Shown: piece after piece, positions 46,804 through 57,035 of the stretch
Position numbering within the stretch: the stretch's first letter is position 1
Layout of the letters: each line of letters starts with the position of its first letter
Assembly: GCA_016787505.1 (NCBI GenBank)
Contig: JAEUUQ010000619.1
Span: 316 to 64,315, forward strand
DNA: 64,000 bases
From: Saprospiraceae bacterium
GTDB taxonomy: Bacteria; Bacteroidota; Bacteroidia; Chitinophagales; Saprospiraceae
Direction: 5' to 3'
Translations under genes and position numbers: made by a program
The notes under the pieces: model-generated
What the model saw: the letters and a program-made list of their open reading frames with translations, nothing else
The model's database searches: none
Told to the model about the DNA's origin: nothing

Positions 46804-47694
46804 TCACCTTTTAGCCATCCCCGTCCAGTCCGATGGGCATACACCCCAATGCCGTTTAAAAGCTTTTGAAAAACTTACCAAATCGCCGTAACCGCAGCGC
46901 AGGGCTGCTTCGGTGATATTGTATTGCGCTAGCAAAGCCTTCGCTTTTTCCAGTTTTAATTTGCGAAACCATAACATCGGCGATTCTCCGAAAATCTCCC
47001 GGAATGTACGGTGAAAATGATAGGGCGACAGGCAGGCATAGCGGGCAACTTCGTGGAGGGTCAGCGGGGCGTCCCATTGATCGTGCATAAAGGAATGGGC
47101 GGCAAGCACTCTCCGGTAAAGCTCTTCTTTTGTAGAAAAACTGCGGGCGTTGATGGAGTTGATTTGTTGCCGGGTCTGACGCTGATCCATTAGCAGGTTT
47201 TCAGCAAGACTGAAAAACAGGTCGTGAGAGCAGGTAGGATTATCCTTGCCGGAAGCTGCCATTTGATGGGCAATACGCTGCAATTGGGTAGATAAGCGGC
47301 TGGGCTGCCGGTGAAGGTGCTCAAAAAAATGCAAGCTACCGGCGCCGGCCTCCGGAGCGTTGAGGAGTAGCTTGTCATTGCCGCTAAGGGTTCTATTGAC
47401 ATCGGCGAGCAGTTGAGTGGTAAAAAAGGCCATAACGGCTTTTGTACCGGGAGGCGTGGGGAGACACTCCAATTCCGTACCATTATTAACGGTGAAATAG
47501 CTGCCCGAATTTATTTTAACAAATTGATTACCCAAAATATATGTTACACTATTACTAAGACAAAACCTTACAGCGGCTGCGGATGTAAATTTCAGATAAC
47601 GCACTACATTTTCTGCATAAAACAGGCTGTTCGTTTCAATGGGTTGTAGGGCTGGAGAAGCGTTTTCCAGTGTCCAGTAAATGATTTTGCCCAT
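46804..47694 (-). CDS. AraC-family transcriptional regulator.
   Basis: C-terminal dual HTH LHEVARYACLSPYHFHRTFREIFGESPMLWFRKLKLEKAKALL...ITEAALRCGYGDLVSFSKAFKR. Confidence 0.85.
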   Translation of the reverse strand: MGKIIYWTLENASPALQPIETNSLFYAENVVRYLKFTSAAAVRFCLSNSVTYILGNQFVKINSGSYFTVNNGTELECLPTPPGTKAVMAFFTTQLLADVNRTLSGNDKLLLNAPEAGAGSLHFFEHLHRQPSRLSTQLQRIAHQMAASGKDNPTCSHDLFFSLAENLLMDQRQTRQQINSINARSFSTKEELYRRVLAAHSFMHDQWDAPLTLHEVARYACLSPYHFHRTFREIFGESPMLWFRKLKLEKAKALLAQYNITEAALRCGYGDLVSFSKAFKRHWGVCPSDWTGMAKR

Positions 47695-47752
47695 GCTTCG
47701 CTTTTTTTTATAAAAAAGACGAACGGCATGGCCACATGGTTGCAGGACAAGC

Positions 47753-49222
47753 TCACCTTGCCCCCGAAATCAACTTCAGCGTATTGCGCTTGAGGTCATC
47801 ATAGGCGCCGTTGTTTTGGTTATTAAAAACGAGCAGTGCGATGTCCAAACGGGGGAAATAGCGGAACTCGAAATTTACGCCGCCCGCTGTACCGCCGTGG
47901 CCGTAGGTATTTTCTTGTGCATGCCGTTCGAGAATAAGTCCCAGCCCGTAAGGTTGAGCGTCATTTGTACCTTCCGTCCAATCCGTCGTCATCAACTTCA
48001 GGCTTTCAGCGCTTACCAACTGATTGTTTTTTAATGCTTTACAAAAGCGAAGCATATCGTAAGCATTGGAATAGCAGCCGCCGGCAGGCGAGCCTTTTTT
48101 GAATTGTTTCGCCCTGTTGTTTTGCCAGCCGCCGCCTTCTTTGCGGGCATAAGGCACAACGAGCGGCAGCGTGTTATCGCGGTGGTCGAAAAAACCGCTG
48201 TGCGCCATTCCCGCTTTTTTTAAAATATACTGTTCGATATATGGGTAATAATCCTGCCCGCTCGCTTTTTCGATAACTGCCCCCAGCAGCATAAAATTGG
48301 AGTTGGAATAATAAGACTCCGTGCCCGGCTCAAATCGAAATCCTTCTTTGTAAATCAGAGGTATATACTGATGCCAGTCGGTAAATTGCAGCATAGCCCC
48401 TTCGTTTTCCTTAGTCCAATATTCGGCGATACCGGAGGTGTGTGAAAGCAGGTGTTTGAGCGTCACCCGCTCCGCCCAGGCCTTGTTCGGGAAATCGGGG
48501 AAGTAGTCGGTGAGTTTATCCGTCAGTTGCAGCTTGCCCTGCTCCATCAACTGCACGATGGCGGTAGCGGTAAACATCTTGCTGCCCGAGGCCAGCCCGA
48601 ACAGGCTTTCCGCATTGATTTTCCGGGCGTTTTCCAGGTCGGCGGAACCCCAATATTTTTCAAAAAGCACCTGGTCGCCCTTAGCGATGAGAATGCTGCC
48701 GGAGAGGTCATTTTCCCGCTCCAGTTTTTCGATGTAACCGTTGAGCCAGTCCAGCGTTTCCCGCTGTTCGATGCTGCCGTTGGGCAGGGCTATCGGCTCG
48801 GCGACTTCGGCGATAAACGCCAATTTGTCAATACGGTGCGGCGCTGAGGTTTCGAGGTAAAACTGGAAATCCTGCCACATCACCTCACCATGTTTGCGGG
48901 CATAGATATGCATCACGTAGGTTGTGCCGCCGGGTTTCCGAAACTCCAACCGCTCGCTGTGGTGGTATTCGAGCGGGGCATAATGTTGGTGCAAACTTTG
49001 AAAATGCGCGACGATACGCTGTATGCCCAATTTTTCGATGGTGGACGGGGCATAAACTTCTTTGGTAATAATTACTTGTAAAGCTGTATCCGAAGTGTTG
49101 ACAGCTTCCATGAAGCGTCTCCCCAACTGTTCAATGCCGGGCGATTGGGTGGAGGTCTGGCAGGCGGCTGCCTGGACAAGCAGTAGGGCGGTCAGAAAAA
49201 AAAATTGAGTTAGTTTTGGCAT
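47753..49222 (-). CDS. Serine hydrolase of the beta-lactamase/transpeptidase (class C-like) family with an N-terminal extra domain.
   Basis: Signal peptide. SxxK (ASGSKMFTA) and YxN (YYSNSNF). Confidence 0.8.
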   Translation of the reverse strand: MPKLTQFFFLTALLLVQAAACQTSTQSPGIEQLGRRFMEAVNTSDTALQVIITKEVYAPSTIEKLGIQRIVAHFQSLHQHYAPLEYHHSERLEFRKPGGTTYVMHIYARKHGEVMWQDFQFYLETSAPHRIDKLAFIAEVAEPIALPNGSIEQRETLDWLNGYIEKLERENDLSGSILIAKGDQVLFEKYWGSADLENARKINAESLFGLASGSKMFTATAIVQLMEQGKLQLTDKLTDYFPDFPNKAWAERVTLKHLLSHTSGIAEYWTKENEGAMLQFTDWHQYIPLIYKEGFRFEPGTESYYSNSNFMLLGAVIEKASGQDYYPYIEQYILKKAGMAHSGFFDHRDNTLPLVVPYARKEGGGWQNNRAKQFKKGSPAGGCYSNAYDMLRFCKALKNNQLVSAESLKLMTTDWTEGTNDAQPYGLGLILERHAQENTYGHGGTAGGVNFEFRYFPRLDIALLVFNNQNNGAYDDLKRNTLKLISGAR

Positions 49223-49226
49223 GGTG

Positions 49227-50375
49227 TTAACGCATAATCGAAATCCTTCCCGTTTTGATTTTTCCCGAAGGGATTTCTGTTGTTTTTAATAAATAAATGC
49301 CGACAGGTAAATGTCCAATGTTCAGCGTAGTGTTGTTTTTTTTCGATAAAACCAGCCTTCCAATTTCATCAAAAAGGTCAACCTGAAAGGCTCCAGCCTC
49401 CATTTCCAGCAGCACAAAATCGCTTGCGGGGTTGGGATAGACTGATAATTTTCCGGCAAGATGGCTTTCATTTACCGAAGAGACAGTACCTGTAACCCGT
49501 ACCTTCACGGCATTGGGGTCTGCCAACCCGAATCCGCTTGTAAAATATCCCAGCACAGTACCCGTGCTGTCAATCAGGTGTACGGCATCTTCTCCCCAGT
49601 CGCCGATCAACAGGTTGCCATTGGGCAGGAAAGCGATACCTTCGGGGTTTGACAGGCCGTCGATGAATACGCCGAGATACTGTCCTGTCGAGCTATACCG
49701 AAGTACCTTACCGACCGACCAGTCCTCCACCAGCATATCCCCGTTGTCGTCAAACCAAATATTAGTGGGGCCTTGCAGGATATTTGAATTGATAAACGTG
49801 CCGAGGCTGTTGCCCAGCGAATCGAATTTCTGGACGGTACCGTTTGCGCCGTTGCCGAAGATAGCTATATAAAAATTTTTGTCGGCATCCCATATATGCC
49901 CAAGGCCTTTGGGGGCCGGGGTTTGGGTAAACTCGTCCACAAAATTGCCGTTGAGGTCAAAGCGGACGACCTTATTTTGGGTTGCGCTCCATTGCGTGAC
50001 ATAAATCAGGCTATCCCAGCCGATAGACATCTTCGAGGGATAGTCGAGCGCATAACCCGAGGAAAAATTGCCCAGGTATTGCCCTGTTTGGCCGTCGTAC
50101 CGCTTGATAGCCGTATTGCCTGCTCCGGTGACGAGCATCGAGCCGTCGGGATGGAAAACGATGTCTTCGGGGGCGATCAGCCCGCCGGCATTCGGGGCGA
50201 TGAAGTTGCCTTCGTAATTGCCGTTTTCGTCATATTTTTTGATAGCGTTTGTGCCCCTGCTGTTGACGAAAACTTCGATCTGCGTTTGCGCAAAGCTGCC
50301 AAAAGCGAGCAATACGGCGGCAACCGAAACAGTCCATTTTGCGAGAAGCCCACGCGATAAAGTAATAAAAGCCAT
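49227..50375 (-). CDS. NHL-repeat / six-bladed beta-propeller protein with T9SS CTD.
   Basis: Repeated ..P.GI.F..DG.L.V.. blades. C-terminal VYPNPASDFVLLEM...GIYLLK. Confidence 0.75.
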   Translation of the reverse strand: MAFITLSRGLLAKWTVSVAAVLLAFGSFAQTQIEVFVNSRGTNAIKKYDENGNYEGNFIAPNAGGLIAPEDIVFHPDGSMLVTGAGNTAIKRYDGQTGQYLGNFSSGYALDYPSKMSIGWDSLIYVTQWSATQNKVVRFDLNGNFVDEFTQTPAPKGLGHIWDADKNFYIAIFGNGANGTVQKFDSLGNSLGTFINSNILQGPTNIWFDDNGDMLVEDWSVGKVLRYSSTGQYLGVFIDGLSNPEGIAFLPNGNLLIGDWGEDAVHLIDSTGTVLGYFTSGFGLADPNAVKVRVTGTVSSVNESHLAGKLSVYPNPASDFVLLEMEAGAFQVDLFDEIGRLVLSKKNNTTLNIGHLPVGIYLLKTTEIPSGKIKTGRISIMR

Positions 50376-50476
50376 ATTTCAGTCGGGTTTGGTGAATCTT
50401 GAACTATAGTTTTTTGTAAATGTATAAAATAGGCTAAAGGGCGGTTTGTCTGTTCTTGCTAAAATGGCATCAACTC

Positions 50477-50557
50477 GTCTTGAACAGGATTTTTAGGATT
50501 TTATGATGTACAGGATGTATCATGTGTATCCCTCAATCCCATAATCTTGTTCAAGAC
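50477..50557. repeat. REP/MITE-like hairpin, second full copy.
   Basis: GTCTTGAACAGGATTTTTAGGATTTTATGATGTACAGGAT...CCCTCAATCCCATAATCTTGTTCAAGAC. Confidence 0.85.
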
Positions 50558-50820
50558 ATCGCCGAATATCACCTAACCCCGGCCTAATCCCATTTTCTCC
50601 TCTCAAAAATCCAAAGTTGTAGTATCTTTATTGGCATACTGAAAATTTCCCCCTGATTCATCGCTCTCCTTCTGGCTGAAAGTTTCTCCCGGCTTGAGGG
50701 AGAGAGTGAGAGAGGGAGGGAGTGAGAGATCAAAGACAAAATTCTCTCCTTCTCTCCTTCCCTCCCTCTCTCCCTCAAACCCCGTATATATCATTGTCAA
50801 ACCAAGCTAATCACAGTTCT
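50558..50820 (+). promoter_or_regulatory. Conserved leader/promoter element, copy C, upstream of giant adhesin B.
   Basis: Aligns with copies A and B and carries the longest purine/pyrimidine hairpin (50691-50780). Confidence 0.55.
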
Positions 50821-53800
50821 ATGCGCCCAGTTTTACGCCACCTGTTCATCCTTGCAATCAGCTTATTGCTGACCGCTCCGGCTTCCGCCCAATTCCAGCG
50901 CCAATTCGGCACCAACCTGGATGAAACCTTCAACAAAGTCATCAAAAGCGGGACCAATTATTACGTGCTCGGCACGGCAGAAATTACCAACGGCCAACCG
51001 CCACGCGCCACCGTGACCCGCCTCAACGCCGACGGCGAACTGCAATGGACCCTGAGCGTAAATACCGCCTCGCAGTGGAACGACGCCGTGCTCACTCCCA
51101 ACGGCGACCTGCTCGTGGTGGGCCGCTCCCTGCCCGACGACAATACCAGCCGGGCTATTATGGGAAGGGTTACAGCCACCGGCACGTTCAGTTGGCTGCG
51201 CTCCTACGACCAACCCAACCGCGACGGCTTCGACCGCATTGTGCGCAACCCCGCGCCGCAGACCGGTACGCACCCCTATTACGTGCTAGGCCACCAGTTG
51301 CAAGCCTTGCCGGCTGTTGACGACGTCTTCCTGATGAATATCGACGAAAACGGCGATATCAACTGGAAAAAAATATACCTCAGCAGCGTCGATGACGAAT
51401 TCACCAACGTCCTGCTGGCCATGCCCAACGGCGACCTCATCCTGGGCGGCCACCGAAGCGGCGAGGGCCTTATCATGCGGGCCGATAATACCGGCGCCCT
51501 GTTTAACGGCGCTACGCCGCCGCAGCCCTTTACGTATATCGACGTAGCCTCCGCCGGCGGCGCCGGCTTTTACGCTGTGGGCTATGATTTCCAACAGGAA
51601 AAAGTACACCTCGTGCATTTTGACGTCGATCTGCTCAACCAATGGGAGGTAACCGTCAATGGGTTTACGGCGGTGAACAATGTCTTCACCGCTGCCGGCA
51701 GTGTCTTTCTGGGAGGGCGAAAAGTCAGGGAAGCCTGCGCCAGGATGTCCATAGGCGCCGGCGGTCCGACACTGACCTGGGTAAAAACCCTCGACAACGG
51801 TGTGCTGACACAAACCAGTTCTCATCTCTCCTTTTTGTCGCCCGCCCAACTCGCTTATGTAGATGGCCGCACCGTAGAAACCGGCGGCTTTGGCCAGAAC
51901 TGCGCCTTTATGTCGCTGAGCGACCTGGAGCTCAATACCTGCATGACCGAAGTGGAAGACGGCGTAAGTCTCACGTCGGTCAGCACGTTGTTTAACGGCC
52001 CGCTACTGCCCGAAATCGAGTTTTACGACGAGCCTATGGGTACCAGCCTCACCGGCGCGCCGAGGACCTGGCAACAGGGCAATGCCTGCCCCGATCCTGC
52101 TAACGCAATTATTATCGGGGTGAAATACAAAACATGCGAGGGGCTTCCCTATAGCGACCAAACTCCTATAGCAGGCTGGGAAATCCAGCTATTGAACAGC
52201 GAGGGTATAATCATCGGCGAACAAGTCACCGGCGCTGACGGCAGTTATGCTTTCACCGACCTTCCCCTCGGGCAATATTTAGTAAAAGAAATTGCTCAAC
52301 CCGGCTGGACGCCCAACGTACCGGCAAGCGGTCAACTGGCGGTTACCTTGGCGGCTTCCGAACAACGGATTGTGAATTTTGGCAACTGCCCGCCCCCACC
52401 TCAGCAAGTATGTGCTTGCACGGCGGGGAATCAACCCGGGAACAACCTGGCCGCAAATGCCAATTTTTCGGGGGGCAACACGGGTTTCAGCTCCGGATAT
52501 ACCTTCAGCAATTCCTCTCCCCTGCAGCCCGGTCAATACTGGGTGGGCCCGAATCCGAGCCAGATCAACGCCGGCTTTACCAGTTGCGGCGACCACACCA
52601 CAGGATCGGGTAATATGCTCGTGGTGAATGGCGGCGCTAGTACAAGCACCCCGATATGGTGCCAAACCTATACCGTGGTACCAAACAGCACTTATCTTTT
52701 TGAGACCTGGGTGGCTTCTTTGACAAGCGCCTCGCCGGCCAATGTGATGTTGTTTGTGAATAACATATCGCAAAACGCGGGATTTTTTGCCTCCGGTACT
52801 TCGTGTAATTGGGAAAAATATTGCGTATTGTGGACATCGGGAGTCCAAACATCCGTTACCCTTTGTCTGTATGATCTGAACGTCGCAAATACCGGCAATG
52901 ACTTTGCCCTTGACGATATCAGCTTCCGGCGCTGTGTTTCTCCTTTTGGTAACATTTCAGGCAGAGTTTACGAAACCTGCGATGCCCTACCCTATACCGA
53001 TCAACCTGTTTTGCCCGGATGGACGGTGCAATTGCTTGATGATATGGGAACTGTTCTTGCCGAGCAAGTCACCGGCGCCAATGGCGAATATGCTTTTGCG
53101 GATTTGCCATTGGGGCTCTATTATTGCAGGGTCGTAAATCAGCCAGGTTGGATGCCCAAAGTACCAGCAACAGGCCAATATGCCGTCAACTTAAATGATT
53201 CTGAACAAATAACGGTACTTAACTTTGGGTTGTGCCCAATGTCGCCCCCCTGCGACGTAACCATTAATCTTACCTATGTCGACAACTGCGGCCACATACA
53301 ACTCGACGCCGTGGCTTCCGGACCATCCGGCTACAGCTATCAATGGTGCAGCGGCGAATCCACGCAGATGCTCGATTTGATGCTACCCTGTGGCTCTCAC
53401 GACTTCTGCGTATCGGTAACCTGCTCCGACGGTTCCGTGGCCAGCGATGCCATTACGGTGGTGGTAACAGACAACATTCCACCCAATATCGTTTGTCCGC
53501 AAAACGTGCAATTTGATTGCTTCAGTCCGACAACGCCTTCTGCGACCGGCTTTGCCACTGCTACTGATAATTGCAATTTCCCCTTAGTAACGTACATGGA
53601 TGCGGTTACCGGCGGCCAACCCTGCGATCAACTCATCGTGAGAACCTGGAAGGCAGAAGACTGGTGCAACAACATCTCAACTTGTGTACAGACCATCTCA
53701 GTGATGGACAACGTGGCGCCCTCCATCAACTGTCCGCAGGATATGACCATTACCGAACTTGATCCCAATTGCGATATGCCGGTATTTGGCATCCACTCGC

Positions 53801-56787
53801 TGGGCGCCAGCGACAACTGCGGCACGCCCACGGTGACCTACGCTATCAATGGCGCTACTACAGCGTCGGGTTCGGGCGACGCCAGCGGTACGACGTTTAG
53901 CTCCGGCACTTCTACAGTGACGTACACCGCTACCGACGGGTGCAACAACACAAGCTCCTGCTCCTTCGACGTGACCATCGACTGCGACACCTGCGCCTGC
54001 CTGGGCTTCCAGAACCTGGAATTCTACAACTTCCTCGGCGGGCCCAATTTGCCGGCGCTTTGCGACAGCACGTCCGTGATGTTGCCCTGTATCGGGTCCG
54101 ATGCGTTGTATTGGTTCCAGTGGGGATTGCTGTGTTCCGACCCCTTGTGTCAGCAAAGTTACAGTTACAGCGTAGTGCCTGCGAGCGGCGGACCTGCGTT
54201 AGTTTCCGGTACCGTGCCCTTAGGCAGTCCGCCATTCCTCAACTTCTCCTATAACCAGCTCGCGGGGCCGGGCAACTACCAGATCATCCTCACAGGGCAT
54301 TGCGGTACCGACTCCTGCGTATGCCATATCAACTTCTCCGTGCCTACCTGCTGCGAATGCGGCGGATTTTCGGGCATGACCTACCGGCCCACGCAGGGCA
54401 TTATGAACCTGCCATTTATGTGCGGCGATACGATGGGTGTAGCATGCGACCAGGCATTTCAGCCGCGAGTAAACGGACTTTTCCAGTGTATGGGCTCTTC
54501 CTGCCCCAGCAACAATCCCATTCAGTGGATATTGACCGACCCGCAGGGCAACCCGATACAGAGCAGTGCCGGCCCAATTACGGCCAATCCGGGATTTAAC
54601 TTCACCTTAGACCCCACCTGGTTTAACCAGCCCGGTACATACGCACTGACCATGACCGGCATGTGCGGGGGAGTGGCTTGTGATTCTTGTGTGTTGTATC
54701 TGGAGTCGCTGGGGTGTCAAGGGCCCTGTTGCGGCTTTACCGACCTATTTATAAACGAACCGAACGGCACCAACCAGTCCATAACCTGCGATGGGCCTGC
54801 CGTGAACATCGGCTGTCCCCCTCCGGGTGGCAACTACACCTTAACCGGCAAATACGGAGGTGGGCCGACCATACAAGCGATTATGGTGGACGCTTGTGGT
54901 ACGGAAGCAAACAACGAGTTTATGATTCTTTATTCAGGCGGAAAAGGATTTAACATAAATGATTTAGAAGTCGATTTAGATCCCTCCGGCAACACCGGAG
55001 GATCGCAAAACAACGACATCAACCTGGGCGCCGCAGCATGTGGCTGGCAGACGGGCGAAGCGGGCATGTTTTCCGGTTGTCCAAATGTGATTATAGCCGG
55101 CCCGGGCACGGTCATCCCCGCCGATGCCTACCTGGTAATCCAGACCAGCTCCGCAGCTTCCACTTCTAACATTTATGACTTCTCCAATCTTTGTAGCGCA
55201 CCCCAGCCCGTTTATGTTATCAAAAACGCATGTGTGAGAACCGCTCCCGCTTTCACAAACTTCGGAGCAGGGTTGCACACCACTGTGGTTTCGCTAAACA
55301 GCGCCTGTGTGGACAGCGCTACTTACATTAAAAACCTGTTAGCCAATTCTAACGGCGCTTACTTTTTGCCCCCGGCCTTTTACGGCAATGCGGGATGTTT
55401 TGCGCCGTCTTATACCCAATTTAACAACAACCTCTCTTACCAGATCAACTGGACCCTGATAGGACCCAGCGGCGCCCAAAATAGCCAGCTTACGGGCAAC
55501 AGTCCTTATTTTGCGCTTAACCTGCCATCCAGTTACTTCTCCCAGGGCGGCATATATACCCTGACCCTTGACGGGCAAAACGGCAGTGATTCCTGCCAGT
55601 GTTCGCTTACGTTTATAGTAGATCAGGGCTGCCCCGATCCCTGCCCCTGCGATCTGGCTGATTTGAATAACGACGTCAATCAGGGATTTGCTACGGCGTA
55701 TTCCACCTATTCCTGCAAGGTTTGTCTGACCCCGCTGGCCCTCACCGATTGTGACGAAGTAGAGTGGTATGTCAACCAGCCCTTTGGTCAGCCCGTGGGT
55801 ACCAGTATAGGCAATCAGACCTTCTGTTACAACTTCCCTGTTGGCGGTACGTACACCGTATATATGTCTGTAATTCGCCGGAGATCCGATGGCAGCTTCT
55901 GTGAGTCGTCCACCAAAAGCCAGACCGTCACCGTCACTTGTCTGGCCCGGGCCGTATGCGACGTCTCCGCTTTCCCCAATCCCGATTTTGACGAAGGCGC
56001 TGTGGAGGGCAGCTTCCTCGAAGGCGGCATGTCGAACGGCTGGACGCGGATATGGGGCGATCCGCATGTACAAGAAAACGACGGTAAATGGAAATTCTCC
56101 AAGCGCGGCAATTTTACCAGCGCCGACGTAGTGGGTACCATCGAACCGGTTTGCCTGGCCAAAGACACCGGCACCATCAGTCTGCGCTACGGCATCAGGG
56201 AAAAAGGCATCAAAAGCGCCATCGTCGTACAGTTCTTTACCAGCGACAACTACGAATTCGGCGTTTGCGAAAGTGCCGACTGCTACGAAGTGGCCCGCAT
56301 CGAACTGCCCGACAGCGATAACCCGGAAGAAGAATTCGACCTGGAAATCCCCTACGACCTCAGCAATTGGGATGCTACGGCGACCTGCGGCGACCAGCCC
56401 GGCGTGCGGGTGCGGCCGGCCATCTTTGTGACCAGTCCGTTCAGCGACGAACAGGGCCCCGGTTCGCTCACCGTCATCGACCTCGATTACTTCTGCGTAG
56501 ACGGCAGCGTAATCACTTCGCAATCAGAGCCGGAGCTCAAACAACGTCTGCTCCTCTACCCCAACCCCAACACCGGCCAATTCACCCTCGATTGGCAGGG
56601 CGCACCCTGGCCCGAAGGCCGGGTAGAGATCGCCGGCCCGCTGGGACAAACGCTGCGTTCCTTCTCCGTGCCGGAAGGCGCCGGGCAGATGGGAATACAA
56701 ATCGCCGATTTGCCGGCGGGAATGTATTTTGTGAAGGTGCTGTCGGAAGGGCGGGTGGTGAAGGTGATGCGGGTTGTGAAGTTGTAG
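50821..56787 (+). CDS. Giant T9SS-secreted adhesin-like protein B. Domain order: same head as A, then SdrD-B/Cna-B-like domains, a CBM-like domain, HYR-like repeats, Cys-rich modules, CTD.
   Basis: ATG 50821 gives the same signal peptide as A. GWEIQLLNSEG..VTGADGSYAFTDLPLGQY and GWTVQLLDDMG..VTGANGEYAFADLPLGLY are SdrD-B-like. C-terminal LYPNPNTGQFTL...VKVLSEGRVVKVMRVVKL. Confidence 0.85.
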   Translation: MRPVLRHLFILAISLLLTAPASAQFQRQFGTNLDETFNKVIKSGTNYYVLGTAEITNGQPPRATVTRLNADGELQWTLSVNTASQWNDAVLTPNGDLLVVGRSLPDDNTSRAIMGRVTATGTFSWLRSYDQPNRDGFDRIVRNPAPQTGTHPYYVLGHQLQALPAVDDVFLMNIDENGDINWKKIYLSSVDDEFTNVLLAMPNGDLILGGHRSGEGLIMRADNTGALFNGATPPQPFTYIDVASAGGAGFYAVGYDFQQEKVHLVHFDVDLLNQWEVTVNGFTAVNNVFTAAGSVFLGGRKVREACARMSIGAGGPTLTWVKTLDNGVLTQTSSHLSFLSPAQLAYVDGRTVETGGFGQNCAFMSLSDLELNTCMTEVEDGVSLTSVSTLFNGPLLPEIEFYDEPMGTSLTGAPRTWQQGNACPDPANAIIIGVKYKTCEGLPYSDQTPIAGWEIQLLNSEGIIIGEQVTGADGSYAFTDLPLGQYLVKEIAQPGWTPNVPASGQLAVTLAASEQRIVNFGNCPPPPQQVCACTAGNQPGNNLAANANFSGGNTGFSSGYTFSNSSPLQPGQYWVGPNPSQINAGFTSCGDHTTGSGNMLVVNGGASTSTPIWCQTYTVVPNSTYLFETWVASLTSASPANVMLFVNNISQNAGFFASGTSCNWEKYCVLWTSGVQTSVTLCLYDLNVANTGNDFALDDISFRRCVSPFGNISGRVYETCDALPYTDQPVLPGWTVQLLDDMGTVLAEQVTGANGEYAFADLPLGLYYCRVVNQPGWMPKVPATGQYAVNLNDSEQITVLNFGLCPMSPPCDVTINLTYVDNCGHIQLDAVASGPSGYSYQWCSGESTQMLDLMLPCGSHDFCVSVTCSDGSVASDAITVVVTDNIPPNIVCPQNVQFDCFSPTTPSATGFATATDNCNFPLVTYMDAVTGGQPCDQLIVRTWKAEDWCNNISTCVQTISVMDNVAPSINCPQDMTITELDPNCDMPVFGIHSLGASDNCGTPTVTYAINGATTASGSGDASGTTFSSGTSTVTYTATDGCNNTSSCSFDVTIDCDTCACLGFQNLEFYNFLGGPNLPALCDSTSVMLPCIGSDALYWFQWGLLCSDPLCQQSYSYSVVPASGGPALVSGTVPLGSPPFLNFSYNQLAGPGNYQIILTGHCGTDSCVCHINFSVPTCCECGGFSGMTYRPTQGIMNLPFMCGDTMGVACDQAFQPRVNGLFQCMGSSCPSNNPIQWILTDPQGNPIQSSAGPITANPGFNFTLDPTWFNQPGTYALTMTGMCGGVACDSCVLYLESLGCQGPCCGFTDLFINEPNGTNQSITCDGPAVNIGCPPPGGNYTLTGKYGGGPTIQAIMVDACGTEANNEFMILYSGGKGFNINDLEVDLDPSGNTGGSQNNDINLGAAACGWQTGEAGMFSGCPNVIIAGPGTVIPADAYLVIQTSSAASTSNIYDFSNLCSAPQPVYVIKNACVRTAPAFTNFGAGLHTTVVSLNSACVDSATYIKNLLANSNGAYFLPPAFYGNAGCFAPSYTQFNNNLSYQINWTLIGPSGAQNSQLTGNSPYFALNLPSSYFSQGGIYTLTLDGQNGSDSCQCSLTFIVDQGCPDPCPCDLADLNNDVNQGFATAYSTYSCKVCLTPLALTDCDEVEWYVNQPFGQPVGTSIGNQTFCYNFPVGGTYTVYMSVIRRRSDGSFCESSTKSQTVTVTCLARAVCDVSAFPNPDFDEGAVEGSFLEGGMSNGWTRIWGDPHVQENDGKWKFSKRGNFTSADVVGTIEPVCLAKDTGTISLRYGIREKGIKSAIVVQFFTSDNYEFGVCESADCYEVARIELPDSDNPEEEFDLEIPYDLSNWDATATCGDQPGVRVRPAIFVTSPFSDEQGPGSLTVIDLDYFCVDGSVITSQSEPELKQRLLLYPNPNTGQFTLDWQGAPWPEGRVEIAGPLGQTLRSFSVPEGAGQMGIQIADLPAGMYFVKVLSEGRVVKVMRVVKL

Positions 56788-56798
56788 GTTGTGGATTC

Positions 56799-56833
56799 AG
56801 ACCTTGCAAGGTTTTCGAAACCTTGCAAGGTCT
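56799..56833. terminator. Perfect hairpin AGACCTTGCAAGGTTT-TCG-AAACCTTGCAAGGTCT.
   Basis: Read directly, 12 nt after the adhesin B stop. The same word (AGACCTTGCAAGGTCT) recurs at 57958-57973. Confidence 0.7.
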
Positions 56834-57035
56834 TTCCAATGCCTTTCCGCAAAAGAACGGCGCTACTAATTTTTCCCCTCCTTATCGCTTCGGCGTCTGA
56901 CTGGGCTTCACCTCTATTTTGCGGGGCATTGCGCGCGAATTCTTGCATTGTAGCTTGACAAGTATCTTACTATTTATAGGGGCATTTTAAAAAAATAAAC
57001 TTTTTTGCGTAAGCAAATTTGCTTATTTTTGTATA

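Noticed and set aside
55339-56523. 394-aa minus-strand ORF, and similar long antisense ORFs: 7812-8477, 10166-10807, 14248-15042, 16073-16810, 19078-19710, 20649-21317, 25907-26539, 41263-41997, 51286-51849, 59067-59825.
   Set aside because: All lie fully inside strongly supported genes on the other strand. They have low-complexity Arg/Gly/Ala-rich composition typical of shadow ORFs in GC-rich coding DNA, and they lack recognisable motifs.
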